A DNA stretch of 64,000 nucleotides, taken from contig CM039000.1 in assembly GCA_017499595.2 (NCBI GenBank), forward strand, positions 3,224,001 to 3,288,000, given 5' to 3'. Positions within the stretch are counted from its first letter, which is position 1. Every line of letters begins with the position of its first letter. Positions 20,017 through 32,468 of this stretch are shown here, one piece after another. Made by a program: the position numbers and the translations under genes. The notes beneath the pieces were generated by a model. That model was not told where the DNA came from and made no database searches. It was given only the letters and a program-made list of their open reading frames with translations. The stretch is from Psilocybe cubensis. Taxonomy: Eukaryota.

Positions 20017-20156
20017 ACAGGGGCTGTCCGCATCTTTACTGATGCAATTGCACCAGATGTTATGGAGAGCGATTTGCAACGGTTTTCGTCAGAATTTTTG
20101 ACTCCGCTTTCATTCTCCGCCGGAGCTCTCCCGTTGTCTTCTCCCATATCACCTCG

Positions 20157-20490
20157 AGCATTTGTTAGCTGCCTTTGGGTCAGCGCTTCAAGCACTTGTT
20201 AGCTGCCTTTGGGTCGGCGCTTTGAGCATTTGTGAGCTGCCTTTGGGTCAGCGTTTCGAGCATTTGTGAGCTGCCTTCGGGTTGGCAATGCGAGCATACT
20301 CCAGATCTCCCAACATTCACTAGCTGCCTTTGGATCGGCGCATCGAGCACACGAACACACAAAGCTGCCTTTGGGTCGGCAATTCGAGCATACAAAGCTG
20401 CCTTTGGGTCGGCGAATCGAGCACACGAAGTCACCTTCGGGTCGGCGCATCAAGCACATGAAGCTACCTTTTGGGTTGGTGCATCAAACA
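20157..20490. repeat. 33-34 bp minisatellite x9 (AGCTGCCTTTGGGTCGGCG...GAGCA)
   Basis: Unit starts at 20167, 20201, 20235, 20269, 20322, 20363, 20396, 20429 and 20462. Confidence 0.9.
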
Positions 20491-21079
20491 TACTAAACTG
20501 CCTACCGACTGACAAGTTATGGGGATTTTGTATGCATGTGGCCCTACCTGAGGTGGTCCCCGCACGGGGGAGCTGGCTTCATGATGACCAGTCAGGCTCA
20601 TCAGGCCTGATACGCTCACACATGGGCTCACTCCTATGCTATGGCTTGTTCTTACTTTATTACATGTCGTTTCTGGGACACACAACCTGCCATCTATAGC
20701 GCGCAGCCTGCTTTGATGCCTGCTGCACACCACGACCGACACGCTATCCCCTACCCTCCAACTGTCTGAAGCGGAACTTGGGCGGAGCGCCTTGTGGGTG
20801 AGACAGTAAAGCTGAGACAACAAATCAGCACCGCCACCCATGTCAAACCTTGTCTGTGCGCCCGCGGGACACTCATTAGAGAGTTTCTGGGAAGGTGGCT
20901 GAGAGTGCAATAGGCCCTGTGACGCCCGAGAGTTCCTATGACTCTGACGCTACCATGACCTTGTCCAACGAAGACCCTTTGCAACCCGGAGAACTTAATT
21001 CAGCTGGCGCTCTTGCTCCCCATCCTCTGCCGCCTGCAGACGGGAGCGGCCGCTCAGATTCTTCTTCATGTGGACCGTC

Positions 21080-21381
21080 GCCAGGGCAAGATTCCGCGCT
21101 TGTACAGGCTTTGCAGGATGTGTAAGCGGAAGATGGAAGATGAGGTACACACCTTGCTACTATGCACAAATGTTTCGGACCAACTACAAACAAAACGCGC
21201 GGCTTTCTTGGACACAATGAAAAAACAGTATTTAAACTGGCAGTGGCGTGACATTGCATGTGGAAGCGGACTGGACATTTTGAAACGCCTCTGCACAGTG
21301 CAATTGGGAGCAGACTGTGGAGGCAACGGCCGGGTTGACATACCATGTTCTCAAGGAATTTGTGCAGGTGGAGATAGATAG
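21080..21381 (+). mobile_element. 3' fragment of a LINE ORF2 (C-terminal zinc finger)
   Basis: IPRLYRLCRMCKRKMEDEVHTLLLC...LQTKRAAFL fits the R-x-C-x2-C...E-D-E-x-H-x4-C motif of non-LTR retrotransposon C-termini. Confidence 0.6.
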
Positions 21382-21869
21382 ACACCCCCTCAGGGATGAT
21401 ACAATTGGAAAATCACAAATTAGACAGCCTAACAGACACGGAGAAATGTAACTTATAACCCACTGTATAGCTAACCACAATATAACAAATATTGCTTGGT
21501 CCCCGGGAGCCTCCTGCTAAAGGAAGGCAAGGAAGGCATAGAGTTACGTCAAACCACAAAAACCTGTAAAACCTCAGGCTCTAAGTTACCCGGACCAGGG
21601 AGATCTTCACTCAGCGAAAGCGCTGGGTCGATTATTCGTATCTGTGAGGGAGCGGTGAGTCCCCCCGGAGTCTTCAAGTTTCAGGGCCTTGGAGGCGGCC
21701 GGGGGACGGCAGGCATCCTTTTTAGGGTCCGAAAAACTGCTTTCCTACCTACCCGAACATCTGGAGCCGAGATTACCAAAAGCTATGCATTATGACAATT
21801 ATGCAATACGAAGATAGTCACGCATTGTGACTGAGGTGTGACCCCAGCCAAATGTGTGACATGAATGGT

Positions 21870-22230
21870 AATCCACGACTCTCATTCGCTTTGTAGACAA
21901 TGTATTGGGATAGGAATTTGCTTGTGTGTTGATCTTGTGGCTCTTTGCTAGCTTTCTTGAAAGTGTAGATTGATTAAAAGTAGTGGATCCTCTTTCCTAT
22001 TTTTAAAATGAGCAAGTATCTTACCTTGGAATAGTAATGGGTGCTTTTTGCCAAAATCAAAGACAAGCAGCCAGTCAGCAACTGTCAAATTTAACCGTGA
22101 TTTTGCTGCAGCTAAGCTGGATGAAGTTTTTGGTACATCTTTGGTACAATTTTTGTTTTGCATTTGCCGGTTATATGGAGCTGGCTTCTCACGTGACTTG
22201 AGTATTTTTTCTGTATTTTTTTGCATTGGG
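21870..22230 (-). pseudogene. Frameshifted N-terminal (CENP-B-like HTH) remnant of a pogo-type transposase
   Basis: RLNLTVADWLLVFDFGKKHP...QGKILAHFKNRKE, then in another frame NQSTLSRKL...YPNTLSTKRMRVV. No DDE domain remains. Confidence 0.7.
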
Positions 22231-22647
22231 AAGAAATAGTGAACCATAATGTGGGAAAACGGGTGAAATTGTTCTCTGAAGGGCTCAACATTGTGTAGAT
22301 AGTGCGTTAATGCACCCAATAAATTTTATGATTAGCTTGATGTCGGCCTTTACTACCAAAATGTGCAGAAAATCTCTGTTTATACCCATTGTCATAATGC
22401 ATATTTGCATCTCAAGCCCATGCATTATGCAATATGCAATATGGATGCCAATTCCCTGCTTCCCTACGTGATGCAAGCCCAAAAGTCATGCATTATGAGA
22501 AATATGCATTATGACGTTATGCATTATGAAAAAGTCAACTGTAACTCTAACAGAGACCTTGACCTTCAAGTTCTTCAATGTCCAAGTTTTCCTATCCTTC
22601 TTACTTTTGTCCATCTCGACTAATCTTCTTGTTACTACAGATATAAC

Positions 22648-24316
22648 ATGCTGACCAGTACCCCTTTTTCGGTGGTAGAAAAAGTGGCCACAGAAATCTG
22701 GTCCGAGTGCTTTAGTTACGTAGAGACCAACGAACATCGAAGTATGCTTCAAACATGCACATTTTTTCGCGACATGTGCCTCCCCCTGGTCTTTAAACAT
22801 TCAAAACTTTTGATATCGACCGATCCGAGACATCCCAGGTGGTATAGCAGACAACTTGAACGCTTAGAAAGATCGACTGCCCTTTCAGAAAGTGCGCATG
22901 CAAATCTGGTTCGCATATTGACTCTCAGCTACGATCACAAAATCACTCGCAGGGCAACAGATGAGGATAGTGCGGCTATGAAAATCCTTTACCCTCGCTT
23001 TATCGACACCTGTCTCAAGATACTCCCCAGTTTTCCCAACCTGCGTGTCGTGCACATCTCTGGAAACAAGAATGTGGATAAAGAGATAATGGTTGCCTTA
23101 TCTGCTTTACCCAACCTCGATGAACTAGACATATCGCCAGCCGAATTCGGCGTGCATAAACTACCGAAAGGGGTGCGTGTACAGGTTCGGAAGCTTGAAA
23201 TATACAGTACCCATGACTACAATCCGAACAAAGCCGCTACCACTCTCGATGTCTTCTGCGGCCAACGTCTCGAGGAGTTGATAGTATTTTCTAACGCGTA
23301 TACGCCTAAAATAACGAAATCGTTGATGGCTCAGAACAACTGTACTCTTCTCAAATCCATCCATCTAAGGCTGCGTCAGCACCAGTTTGCAGCGCTTGTC
23401 CCTTTTTTTATATCTGCCTCGAGTCTTGAATCTATCCACCTTGGTTTTGCTGTACGCCACGATGAACCTTGGATCGAAATTCCCCGTCCCCCTCCACTAC
23501 CAACATCCGCTTTGAAGCGTTTGACATCCTTCTCTGGGAACGACGTACCTATTATGACGATCGTTCCAAGGCGACCAGTTAAAAGACTTGCAATTTCGAA
23601 ATTGCCTCCTGCGACAATTTTACCGCCTTCTATGCTACCTAGAGAATCAAAAATTGTACTTGCTGATCTTTTGCGTACAGACCCAAGTCTCCGACTGACA
23701 CATCTGGAGTTCAATGATGACTACGGCGATGACGTTATGGAGGTTGATATTCTCGAATCCGTCGTCCTTCATGCTCCCTATATCTCCTCTCTGTCTTTGA
23801 GCATTGGCGTCAATGGCGGGCCAAGAATACTTGGTGATCCTTTTGACGAAACCCTTGAAGTGACAGTCGACGACGTTGACCTCATTGGTTATACGGATAG
23901 GGAAATGATAAGCCATCACGAATACCAATACCTGGCACAGTTCAAACGACACGAGGATTTTATGGTGCGTAACAAGTACCCACATTACGATAACCAAAAG
24001 CTCAATATTGTCGCAGAGAGCAATGCATTGGATAGCTGTACATAAATTCCCATTGCCAGTCCATTTGGAAGTGCTGAACCTACGTTGCTGGAAATTTTCC
24101 AATAATGACTGTCGGTTTTCTGAGCAGACGAAACCAACACAGGAATATACCTTCTCTATTGCAAGGTCTATCTTTGCCACCATTTCTCGGAGCTATCCAT
24201 CGTTGAGGGAAGTCAATCTGACAAGCCGCAGGACCCCAGTGTTGCATTGGTATAAGAACAGGACAGGTACATGGGTTTTGGATGCCTTTAAAGTTCGTCC
24301 CACTCGGTTCAGGTAA
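22648..24316 (+). CDS. F-box-like / leucine-rich repeat protein (2 exons)
   Basis: 465-aa ORF with N-terminal VATEIWSECFSY...LQTCTFFRDMCLPLVF and LRR-like FPNLRVVHI, LPNLDELDI and YPSLREVNL. Intron at ~23964-24016. Confidence 0.75.
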
Positions 24317-24358
24317 CCATATATATAACGGCATGAACTTAACAGTGCGGTTGCGGTG

Positions 24359-26410
24359 TTATATACCGGTAACTACAAGGCTCTCTGGGTAGTTGACGTC
24401 AAACTGTAAAATAATAGAAACTGTCTTCTGGGGAGGAATGGATACAATCCAATTGATTTTTCCATCTTTGCCAATTGAGTTTGGGTCCTTGTCCGGTTCA
24501 TCAGCGCTATCCCACTGTGCCAAAACGTTATCAGCAACCTTTACGCTCTTTGCCACGAAAGTATCAGCATTCTTCAGTGATAAGGTGTTTGTGCTGCTGG
24601 TCGAAGGAAGAATGAGATTGGGATTAAGTAGTTTGACCTCGATTCTCTCGTCTTCGGAGACTGGTACATGATCGATTACCCTGAGATTTTGAACGGGAAT
24701 AGTCCTAGAATTGAATATACTGATCCTCTGCGTGAATAATTGGTTGGAGCTTTTGGAATAGAAGCCAGTTTTCCCCGATTTCTTCTCGCGGGAATGATAT
24801 GTGACTCGAATAGACGAATCCAATCTGAAAGGTCGGCCGTTTAGAGAGAAAGTCAGATACATAGCTGTATTTCTTACCCAAGCAAACATTCAAACTCTTC
24901 CTGAGGACTTGCTGAAGGAATACGAGTGGTAGCAATGAAGCTACCATCAACGTAGATATTTGCATTTCCTGGTACGAATGTATATTTGGAATTATTATTT
25001 ATTTTAGCCTAGGAACAACACCAGTAAGGACTTTTGACCAGAAGATACGAAAGCAACGCACCTTTAGATAAACCCTTGCATCCTTAGCTGGGATTGTATA
25101 CCATGTCAATACTGCCTCCAAGTCCAGCTGAGCAACAGGAACATTGTGTCTCGTCCCATCACTTGGAATACTGACAAGGCCGGCAATCTGGAATGTAGCA
25201 GCGAGGCTTCCTTTATTGGAAGTTGGGATCATAACAGGTTGTGCTATAATTACAGGCGGAGGAGACGACATTCGCCTCCTGGAACGGGAGCGGGAGCGGG
25301 AGCGGGAACGTCCTGAAGGCGCATAGATAACAGTTGGTTGAGCAGACATGGCGGCGGCCATTGGTACCCCTGCCATAGGGACAAGAGGCCGAGATGGTTG
25401 AACCTGGTAAGGTTTGACATACCAGGGATGGAGTACGGGAGGTGTCACTCCAAAAGAGGGTGTCATGGTCTCCAGCTTGAGAGGAACATTTTCCCAAGAC
25501 TTGAAGCAATTCAGCATCATAAAAAGAATAGCATGCACACGTTCACTTACCTCCCCTGTACTTTGAATAATGCTCGCTTTGTACAAAATCGTTGCCACCT
25601 TTTCCTTGGATAAGGTATTGACTCGAATATCATAACTCGCAGTCCAATCAACTTGATTAACGGCTTTGAATGACAATGGACTTGTTGAGTGTCCGTATAT
25701 GTTAACGAAAAGAAAAATTCAGAGCGCCGTACCGTATACGAGGCGTATGGTGATAATTTCTTCAACTTGACCATGAACATCGATGGATACCTTCCAAGAT
25801 TGGTTAGGTGCAGAAGTTGCGTGGTTGGAAAGCTGCTCTTCTTTGATTTTGGCCATAACATCTGCCAAGTCCTTCTCGAGATCCAGGATCTGTTCGTCGA
25901 CCTTCCGACTCAGAGTCATATAGCCATCAAGTGTTGCCTCCAAGCGAGGAATGTTGAAATCATTGGCGCTAATCGTATTCAGATAGTTATTTAGAGTAGC
26001 ACGGGATTTCTCGGCACTTTCTAGGGCCTTTTCTATGACTCTGCGCTGTTTTCTTAGTTCGCTTTCAGCTGGTGTCATCGTGTTTCCCCCGAAGGGAGAA
26101 CTTGTAGTTTTTTCGACGATAACATCATGGATAGACGCGTTTCCTAGACCTTCTACCCTGTAGAACAAACAACATTGTCGGGAAAATTGGGAAGGCCGCG
26201 CAGTAATGGTATGGCATACCTGAGAGAATCTTCTTGAAATGCTTGAGGGAGACCACTTATGACGACCTTATTTCGCCCTGCTTTTACGGAAATTTCGAAA
26301 AGGCGGGTGATCTCAGCGCGACCGGAGTACAAGTTGATATTGGTGATCTTGCTATGTTGAGTAGCGACCAGTTCCACAGCATTGGTTTCGCAAACGTTCT
26401 CCATGGTCAT
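24359..26410 (-). CDS. DUF4140/DUF4139 domain protein (mucoidy inhibitor A-like), multi-exon
   Basis: ITNINLYSGRAEITRLF...GRNKVVISGLP...DSLRVEG, WTASYDIRV, ASIIQSTGESWENVPLKLET, SIPSDGTRHNV and VIDHVPVSEDERIEVKL. Confidence 0.85.
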
Positions 26411-27578
26411 GGCGGAAAGTATAGTGAATTCCGATTCAATGCATGATGACTTTTATATGTATCGCATACTCCCAGGGAGTAACATTCTATCAGCGCACAG
26501 ACGAATTGTTGGTGTACGCTGGGTATGTGGCAAAAAACTTTTTTGTCATCCCAAGTCCATCACACCAAGCACAAATCATATATGGGTGGCCAGAGGAGAT
26601 ATTGAAGGCCGTAGGAGACATCCGGGTATGCGCGCATCTCCAATATTACAAGAGAGTAAGTGAGTGTAGTTGTGTTATGTTGGCGCTATGGTCAAGCAAG
26701 GAGTCAACTTATCAAGGGGGTGCATTTGCAGTTGAATATCAGTCGCGTGATCTAGCTGGCGGTCCTAGAAAATTCAAAACTCTGACCTTCGACTACTCTT
26801 TCAACGGGGAAATGAAGATAGTTCTTGCTTTTTTCGTCTTTCAGCCTCCATCAAGAAGCGCTCAAATAATAATTTGAGAAGCAGCTCAACAAATTGGCGT
26901 GTATTCTCTGATACTTTCATTTGTCAAGGGTAAAAAATTTTGGTTATTCGATGGGGTCGAACGTATGGTCTTGATTCGATGCCATTGGAGAGAATGACTG
27001 CGCGAGACCAATTGACGATACAGCCATTCTAGTTGGCGTGAATGTCGTTTTGAACATGTCTTGTTGAACCCCGTGGGTCACAACCGCCTAAATGTTGGAA
27101 TTTATTTTTATGACTTCGTCGAGTTGGTCAGTCGAGGTCTAATTTAAAAAAACACAGATTTCAGTGATGGATGTGCCGATACGTTAACGTTTTACCGTTT
27201 ACTTCATGCGGTCCGTATTGGATTAGTATTTTGTTAAAAGCAGAATCGAATTTACTATTGCTACAATGAGTATGGTAGGTACAGTGGTGATGAGAGAGTC
27301 TTTTTTGGAATGCGAGAGCGTAATTAGTGAATACAGGGATAATGGGATAGATGTCCATGTCCGACTGCACGAAGCAGGGATTAAGAGGGTGGATTGCTAG
27401 ATTGTAGAGAATGCTTAAAGTGACGAAAAGAGCGAGTGCAAGAATGAGCGTTGGGTCCGAGAAAGGAACTGCGTGATAGGAAGATTTCCATGTTCATAGT
27501 TGGCGTTCGTGTTGAAGTATATTATCTTCTTCTGAATGCAATGAGCGTGACTCCAGCTCCAGGCGGAGGAGTCACTGT

Positions 27579-28793
27579 TTAGAGGGCGGTACGACTTGAC
27601 TTGAAAGTCGGGGGCGAGCTGATGACTTCGGACTCCGCAGTGCTTTCACGACGGGGTGTAGGTGGCATATTTGGGCGCTCAGGCACGTAGAAGCTCGAGG
27701 ACCCAGACACAGTCGATGCACTACGGGAGAGTGAAGCCTGAGACGGAAGGGAAGGGGTCACATAGCGAGGGAGAGATTCCTCAGGCTTTTGCAGGATAAA
27801 TCCACGCAGTCCGGCAGCCTTCTCACCCTGGCGTCCGAAGCCGTAACCGACCTTCTCGGCGCTCTTGTAGGATGCTGCATCCGTGGTGGTTTCCTGGTGG
27901 ACCATCACAACGTTTGGCTGGGGCTGTCCTTGAGGGTACGGGAAAGTGGTGTAGACGTTGGTTGGTGCCTTCTCATTTTGTGAAAATGAACGAGAGACGA
28001 CGTATGGAGAGGCGCTGACAAACACGGGACGGTTGTCTACAGAAGTAGGAAGAACTCCTTTGGATTCTGCCCGCCAGGATGTGATGGATCGTTTCGACTT
28101 GGCTTTCTCGCGGAAGATGAGTCCAAGGAGCATGTTGATGCAGGCGATGGCAAACAAGAAGAAGGCGGATACAAGGGTGAAGTCATCAACGTGGTGGGAG
28201 AGTATTTGCGTGGAAATCCTATGAATGAGGGTAAGATATCATATAATGGAAACGAAACAGGAATGCATACAAGGCTTGGAAAATGCCTAGAGGTCCTAAC
28301 CCAAAGTTTGTACCGAGAACAGGGAAGTATTTGTCGAAGAATTTCATTGGCCATGTACATTCAGAAACTAGGAATAATGATATAAAAAGATTGTTTTGAG
28401 TTGAAAAATGCAACTTACGGAACAAGATAATAGTCTGGAAAAGAATCAAAAGACTGGCAACGACGGCCCAGAAAACTCCAGCAGGCTGATTTGGGACTGT
28501 GCTTCCTCTACAATAAATAGAAGGTTAGTGACGTAAAATTTGCATGTATAGAAACGTACTCGATATAATCGCAGTTAAGCATAGTTGAGTTGTCTGAACC
28601 CTTATTTGCCTCGAAGGCGTTGACAGCTTTGATATTGGTGACCATAACCACGATGGTGCTTGCGAACACCAAAATGAGGGAAATCAAGCTAAGCACTCGG
28701 ACGGCGTTCAAGCCCATAAAAAGCACTGATTCCATTAGAATTTTTTTCCAGCAAAGTTGCAAGAGGGGACTTACTGGCACGAGGAGGAAGCAT
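27579..28793 (-). CDS. Conserved fungal multi-pass membrane protein of unknown function, multi-exon
   Basis: Spliced reading: MLPPRA|..GLNAVRVLSLISLILVFASTIVVM...CDYIE|GSTVPNQPAGVFWAVV...FFDKYFPVLGTNFGLGPLGIFQAL|..ILSHHVDDFTLVSAFFLF. It has several hydrophobic segments and a S/P-rich tail. Confidence 0.75.
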
Positions 28794-30671
28794 TGTAACT
28801 CTAGGTATATAGTTGAATTTGGAGATGGGATAGTTGTTGTTGGATGTTGTGGTCCGAACCTCGGCGGTTTAGTTGGTGTAGGGTGCTCGTTAGAAGTCTA
28901 GCTATCTGTGTAGTCGTAAGTAGTGGAAAGGAAAGAGGTGGCCCAGCACCGACGTCAAGTCGTGAATCTAGGAAGAGAGCGTTGGGAAAGAGGGATAATA
29001 AATAACACCAAGAAAATAATACCCAGTTTATAAGAAGGCCCGTCGCAGTACGGCATGAGGCTGTATCCATTCTTATTGAGTTTGTGCGTTGATACGAGGC
29101 CAAATACTTGGACAATGTCCAGCCAGAGGAACAGAGAGTTTGAAGAACAATGCGTAGCCGAATTCTCATTGTTGTTTGTTGTCACGTGACACGCATTTGA
29201 ACAATAGGCGCTCTCGGCGACGTTCTAATTTTGGATCGCCAGGCCTTGTTCTCTACCTGCGCGTCCCCAGGGTATCCTAGCAGCCGACAACGCTCGTAAC
29301 AGATTTTGACGTGTATGAATAATAAGAACGAAGAATCCGGACACACCTCGCCGACATTGTTTTTTAAGTTTGGCAAGGTTTGGTCCAAATTGGGTCCGAC
29401 TCGTCTCGAGTTGAGTACTCTACTAGTAATCGAGAATTCAGTACTAATCCGTCTGTAACGTAAAGGAGAACTTACCGCAGTGTTATAAACATTTTCATAA
29501 AGTTATGATGCTTTCCGATGTACAACGAACGGGATACGGGAATATATAACATCAGGCTCACAGTGTGTACTAATAGCCGGGTTCAGGGCCAATGTCTGTC
29601 AACGCTCAGAAATATTGGAGCAACTGTAAATTAGTATGCCAAAGGAGACGCGCTGAAGCAGATTCATCATTAATACCTAGAAATATCCACTAACAGTACC
29701 TTTAAATATCAATGGGGCTGGGGATTGGTGATTCGGAGACTCTCAGGGAGATTCGCTGGCCAGTAACTGATACTTAGAGGACACTCATTAGATTATTATT
29801 CCGGTCAAGCTAGTGAGTCGACTCTCAATCTCTTTGAGTAATTGACGAAACGTTAGAGGATGAATGATACATCATCAGGGATTCTGGGAAAATACGACAG
29901 CAAATACATTACCTGTAGCGTATTGCCATAATTATTTGGGCGTTATGATGCCATATCTGGTGAAAATCTCACTGATTTCAAATTATCAGTGATGATCATA
30001 CAGACAGTGTGTTATAATGTGATGAAATGCTGACCGCCACATTATCATTGGAATATCATGATGATATTGTCATTATATCCACCACATCATTCAGCTGCCA
30101 GAATTATAACAATCTGGTCATGTCTTGTCATCTATACTGCATAACTGTAAAGTAGGAATCATTATTATGTTTAAACGGCCGCTTAGAGGTAATAATGGTA
30201 ACAAATTCGTGGAAATAGTATTTGAACTCCGCGCTTTGGGTTGTCTAATAATAGATCAAGTACACAGGCATGGATTTTGTTCAACCAATCGCCGAGTGCG
30301 TATATGCACGGAGGAGATTTCACCTTGATATGCGGCCGGTGCCTGTGAGTCTTCAAATACTATGTTTCAGCGACGTCCTTGAAGACTGGGCATTCCCCGT
30401 TCAGCGCCAATCATACATCATACTCGCGGCGTTGAGTCCGGTAACACCGTCCCGCTCCACTAATCGCTTTTTCCTGTGACATTGGATGACGATTTTTCAA
30501 GCTAACCATGCAATCTTTGTCAGTTTTCTTAGTCACCGAATTCTCACCAACGCTAAAGTGTGGGGCAGCGAATCTCAATAGACACGAAGAGATATTTAAG
30601 AACCAACGGGCCACCACTTCATTCTCATTTCCAGACACTTGAAATCATATTGAGGAACATTGATCAGCAAA

Positions 30672-32363
30672 ATGGCGACCGCTGCTAATCCTACGCAAGA
30701 TTCCACTTCTATAATTCCTTTCAAGATACAAGTTTCGGATGATCAAATCGAACACCTGAACAAGAAGCTTGCCTTGGTCAGGCTTCCCGATGAGCTCGAG
30801 AACGCGGGCCGCGACTATGGCGTGCCCCTTGGAGACATTCAACGACTTGTCGCGCGCTGGAAGTCCGGATATGACTGGAGAACGCACGAAAAACAGTTGA
30901 ATGACGAACTGCCCCAGTTCCAGGGGAGCATCGACGTGGAAGGCTTCGGATCCCTCAAAGTCCATTTCGTGCATAAGAAGAGCGAAGTTGAGAACGCTAT
31001 CCCCCTCTTGTTTGTTCACGGCTGTACGTGTGCCGTGTCGCTGGACAAACGAGATTCTGTTCTTATTACCCACTGAATCAGGGCCAGGGAGCTTCGTTGA
31101 AGTACGCAAGATCCTGCCTTTGTTAACCCAGGAAATTGCTGGGCAGCCTAGCTTCCACGTTGTGGCCTTTAGCCTTCCTGGATATGGCTTCTCGGAAGCG
31201 CCCAAAAAGAAAGGGTTCAAGATAAATCAGTTTGCAGAGGTGCGTATTTATATACCTCCGTATCCGTCTTGTCCTATATCAATGTGATGTAATTATCTAT
31301 CATCAGGTGGGGCACAAGCTCATGTTGTCATTGGGATACAAAGAATATGGTAAATATATCAGAATCAAGGCAACAGAGCACCACTTTCTAACGTGGGATC
31401 TTCGTAGTTGCCCAAGGAGGCGATTGGGGTTCAAGGGTGTGTTACTGTTGATTTCCACGTAAATTTCTATTTGACCACACTCTCTTAGATTTGCCAAAGA
31501 ATTGCTAGCCTCTATGGTGGCACACATTGCAAAGCATGGCATACGAACTTTCCTTTACCCTTGGACACTTCGCTGTCAGTACTACTGATCTATGCAAAAT
31601 AGATATCCACGCTCATTTTAAGATAATTTGCAGCATACGCAACCCCCCCACCTTGTTTTCGCATCCATGGCTTTATCTGTCTGGTCGAATTTCTTCTTAT
31701 ACCCCGGCTGAGAAGGCTGGACTGGAGAGAACAGCTTGGTTTATTAAAGAAGGGCACGGCTATGCTCAAGAACATTCCACGCAACCACAGACTCTTGGGT
31801 ACAGCCTCGCTGACTCCCCCGTAGGCCTCTTAGCTTGGATCTACGAAAAGCTGGTTAACTGGACCGATAACTATCCATGGGATGACGATGAAGGTAAGCG
31901 TTAGATTCACCACTTTTACCTTTCGATTGTATTTATTGAAGCACTTTCAATCTGCCGCGGCGAGCAGTTTTAACATGGATATCGATTTATTGGTTCTCGT
32001 CAGCTGGTCCTGCGGCTTCGCTGAGAATTTACTACGAATTCCATCATGAAACTGATACAGACCGTCCCAAACCACCTACGATACCTGCTGGTGCTTCGTT
32101 CTTTCCCAAAGAACTACACAACTTACCCCGAAAGTGCGTTTATCAGTCTCGACCATTTCACAGCAAATTTGACATAACTTCACAGATGGACTAGGACACC
32201 GTACAGAAAGTTTGAAGCTGAGCATGATTCAGGCGGTCATTTCGCTGCCCATGAAAAACCGAACGAGCTAGTGCAGGACTTACGAAGAATGTTCGGAAAG
32301 GGTGGTATTGCCGAGGGCATTGTCAAGGGAAAGACCGGCTACAAGGCCCTAAGTAGACTATGA
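30672..32363 (+). CDS. Microsomal-type epoxide hydrolase (EHN plus alpha/beta hydrolase), multi-exon
   Basis: PFKIQVSD...YDWRTHEKQLN..LPQF, IPLLFVHG|WPGSFVE, FHVVAFSLPGYGFSEAP, QGGDWGS, PQTLGYSLADSPVGLLAWIYEKL and GGHFAAHEKP. Confidence 0.93.
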
Positions 32364-32468
32364 AATCCCAGTTCCAACTTTAGGCTACTTTTATGTCCCA
32401 AAGTAATATTTGATGAAGAAAATGATTATATTATGAGTAGTTTCTAGCAATGTTTCATTCGTGAAGTG

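Larger units (their letters stand above)
19324..21775. mobile_element. Non-autonomous DNA element with a 9-bp TSD (AcademH-like or Mutator-like) nested in the pogo element
   Basis: CCAAAAGCT is duplicated at 19315-19323 and 21776-21784. The ends are imperfect inverted repeats: TAGTCTCattccCAtcTGTT versus (reverse complement) TAATCTCggctcCAgaTGTT. Confidence 0.7.
19278..22541 (-). mobile_element. pogo/Tc1-mariner-type DNA transposon, internally deleted (~0.8 kb of its own sequence), interrupted by a 2.45-kb insertion
   Basis: Perfect 24-bp TIRs CAGTTGACTTTTTCATAATGCATA (19278-19301 and 22518-22541), TA on both outer sides, and a transposase N-terminal remnant inside. Confidence 0.9.

Noticed and set aside
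20157-20490. CRISPR-like repeat/spacer appearance
   Set aside because: The context is eukaryotic, the linkers are short and related to each other, and there are no cas genes; it is a minisatellite.
26941-27026. tRNA-like sequence on the minus strand (GTTCGACC, ...ATAACCA followed by a T-run)
   Set aside because: The acceptor and T stems do not pair properly and no anticodon arm could be built. At most a degenerate pseudogene; a tRNAscan/Rfam run would be needed.
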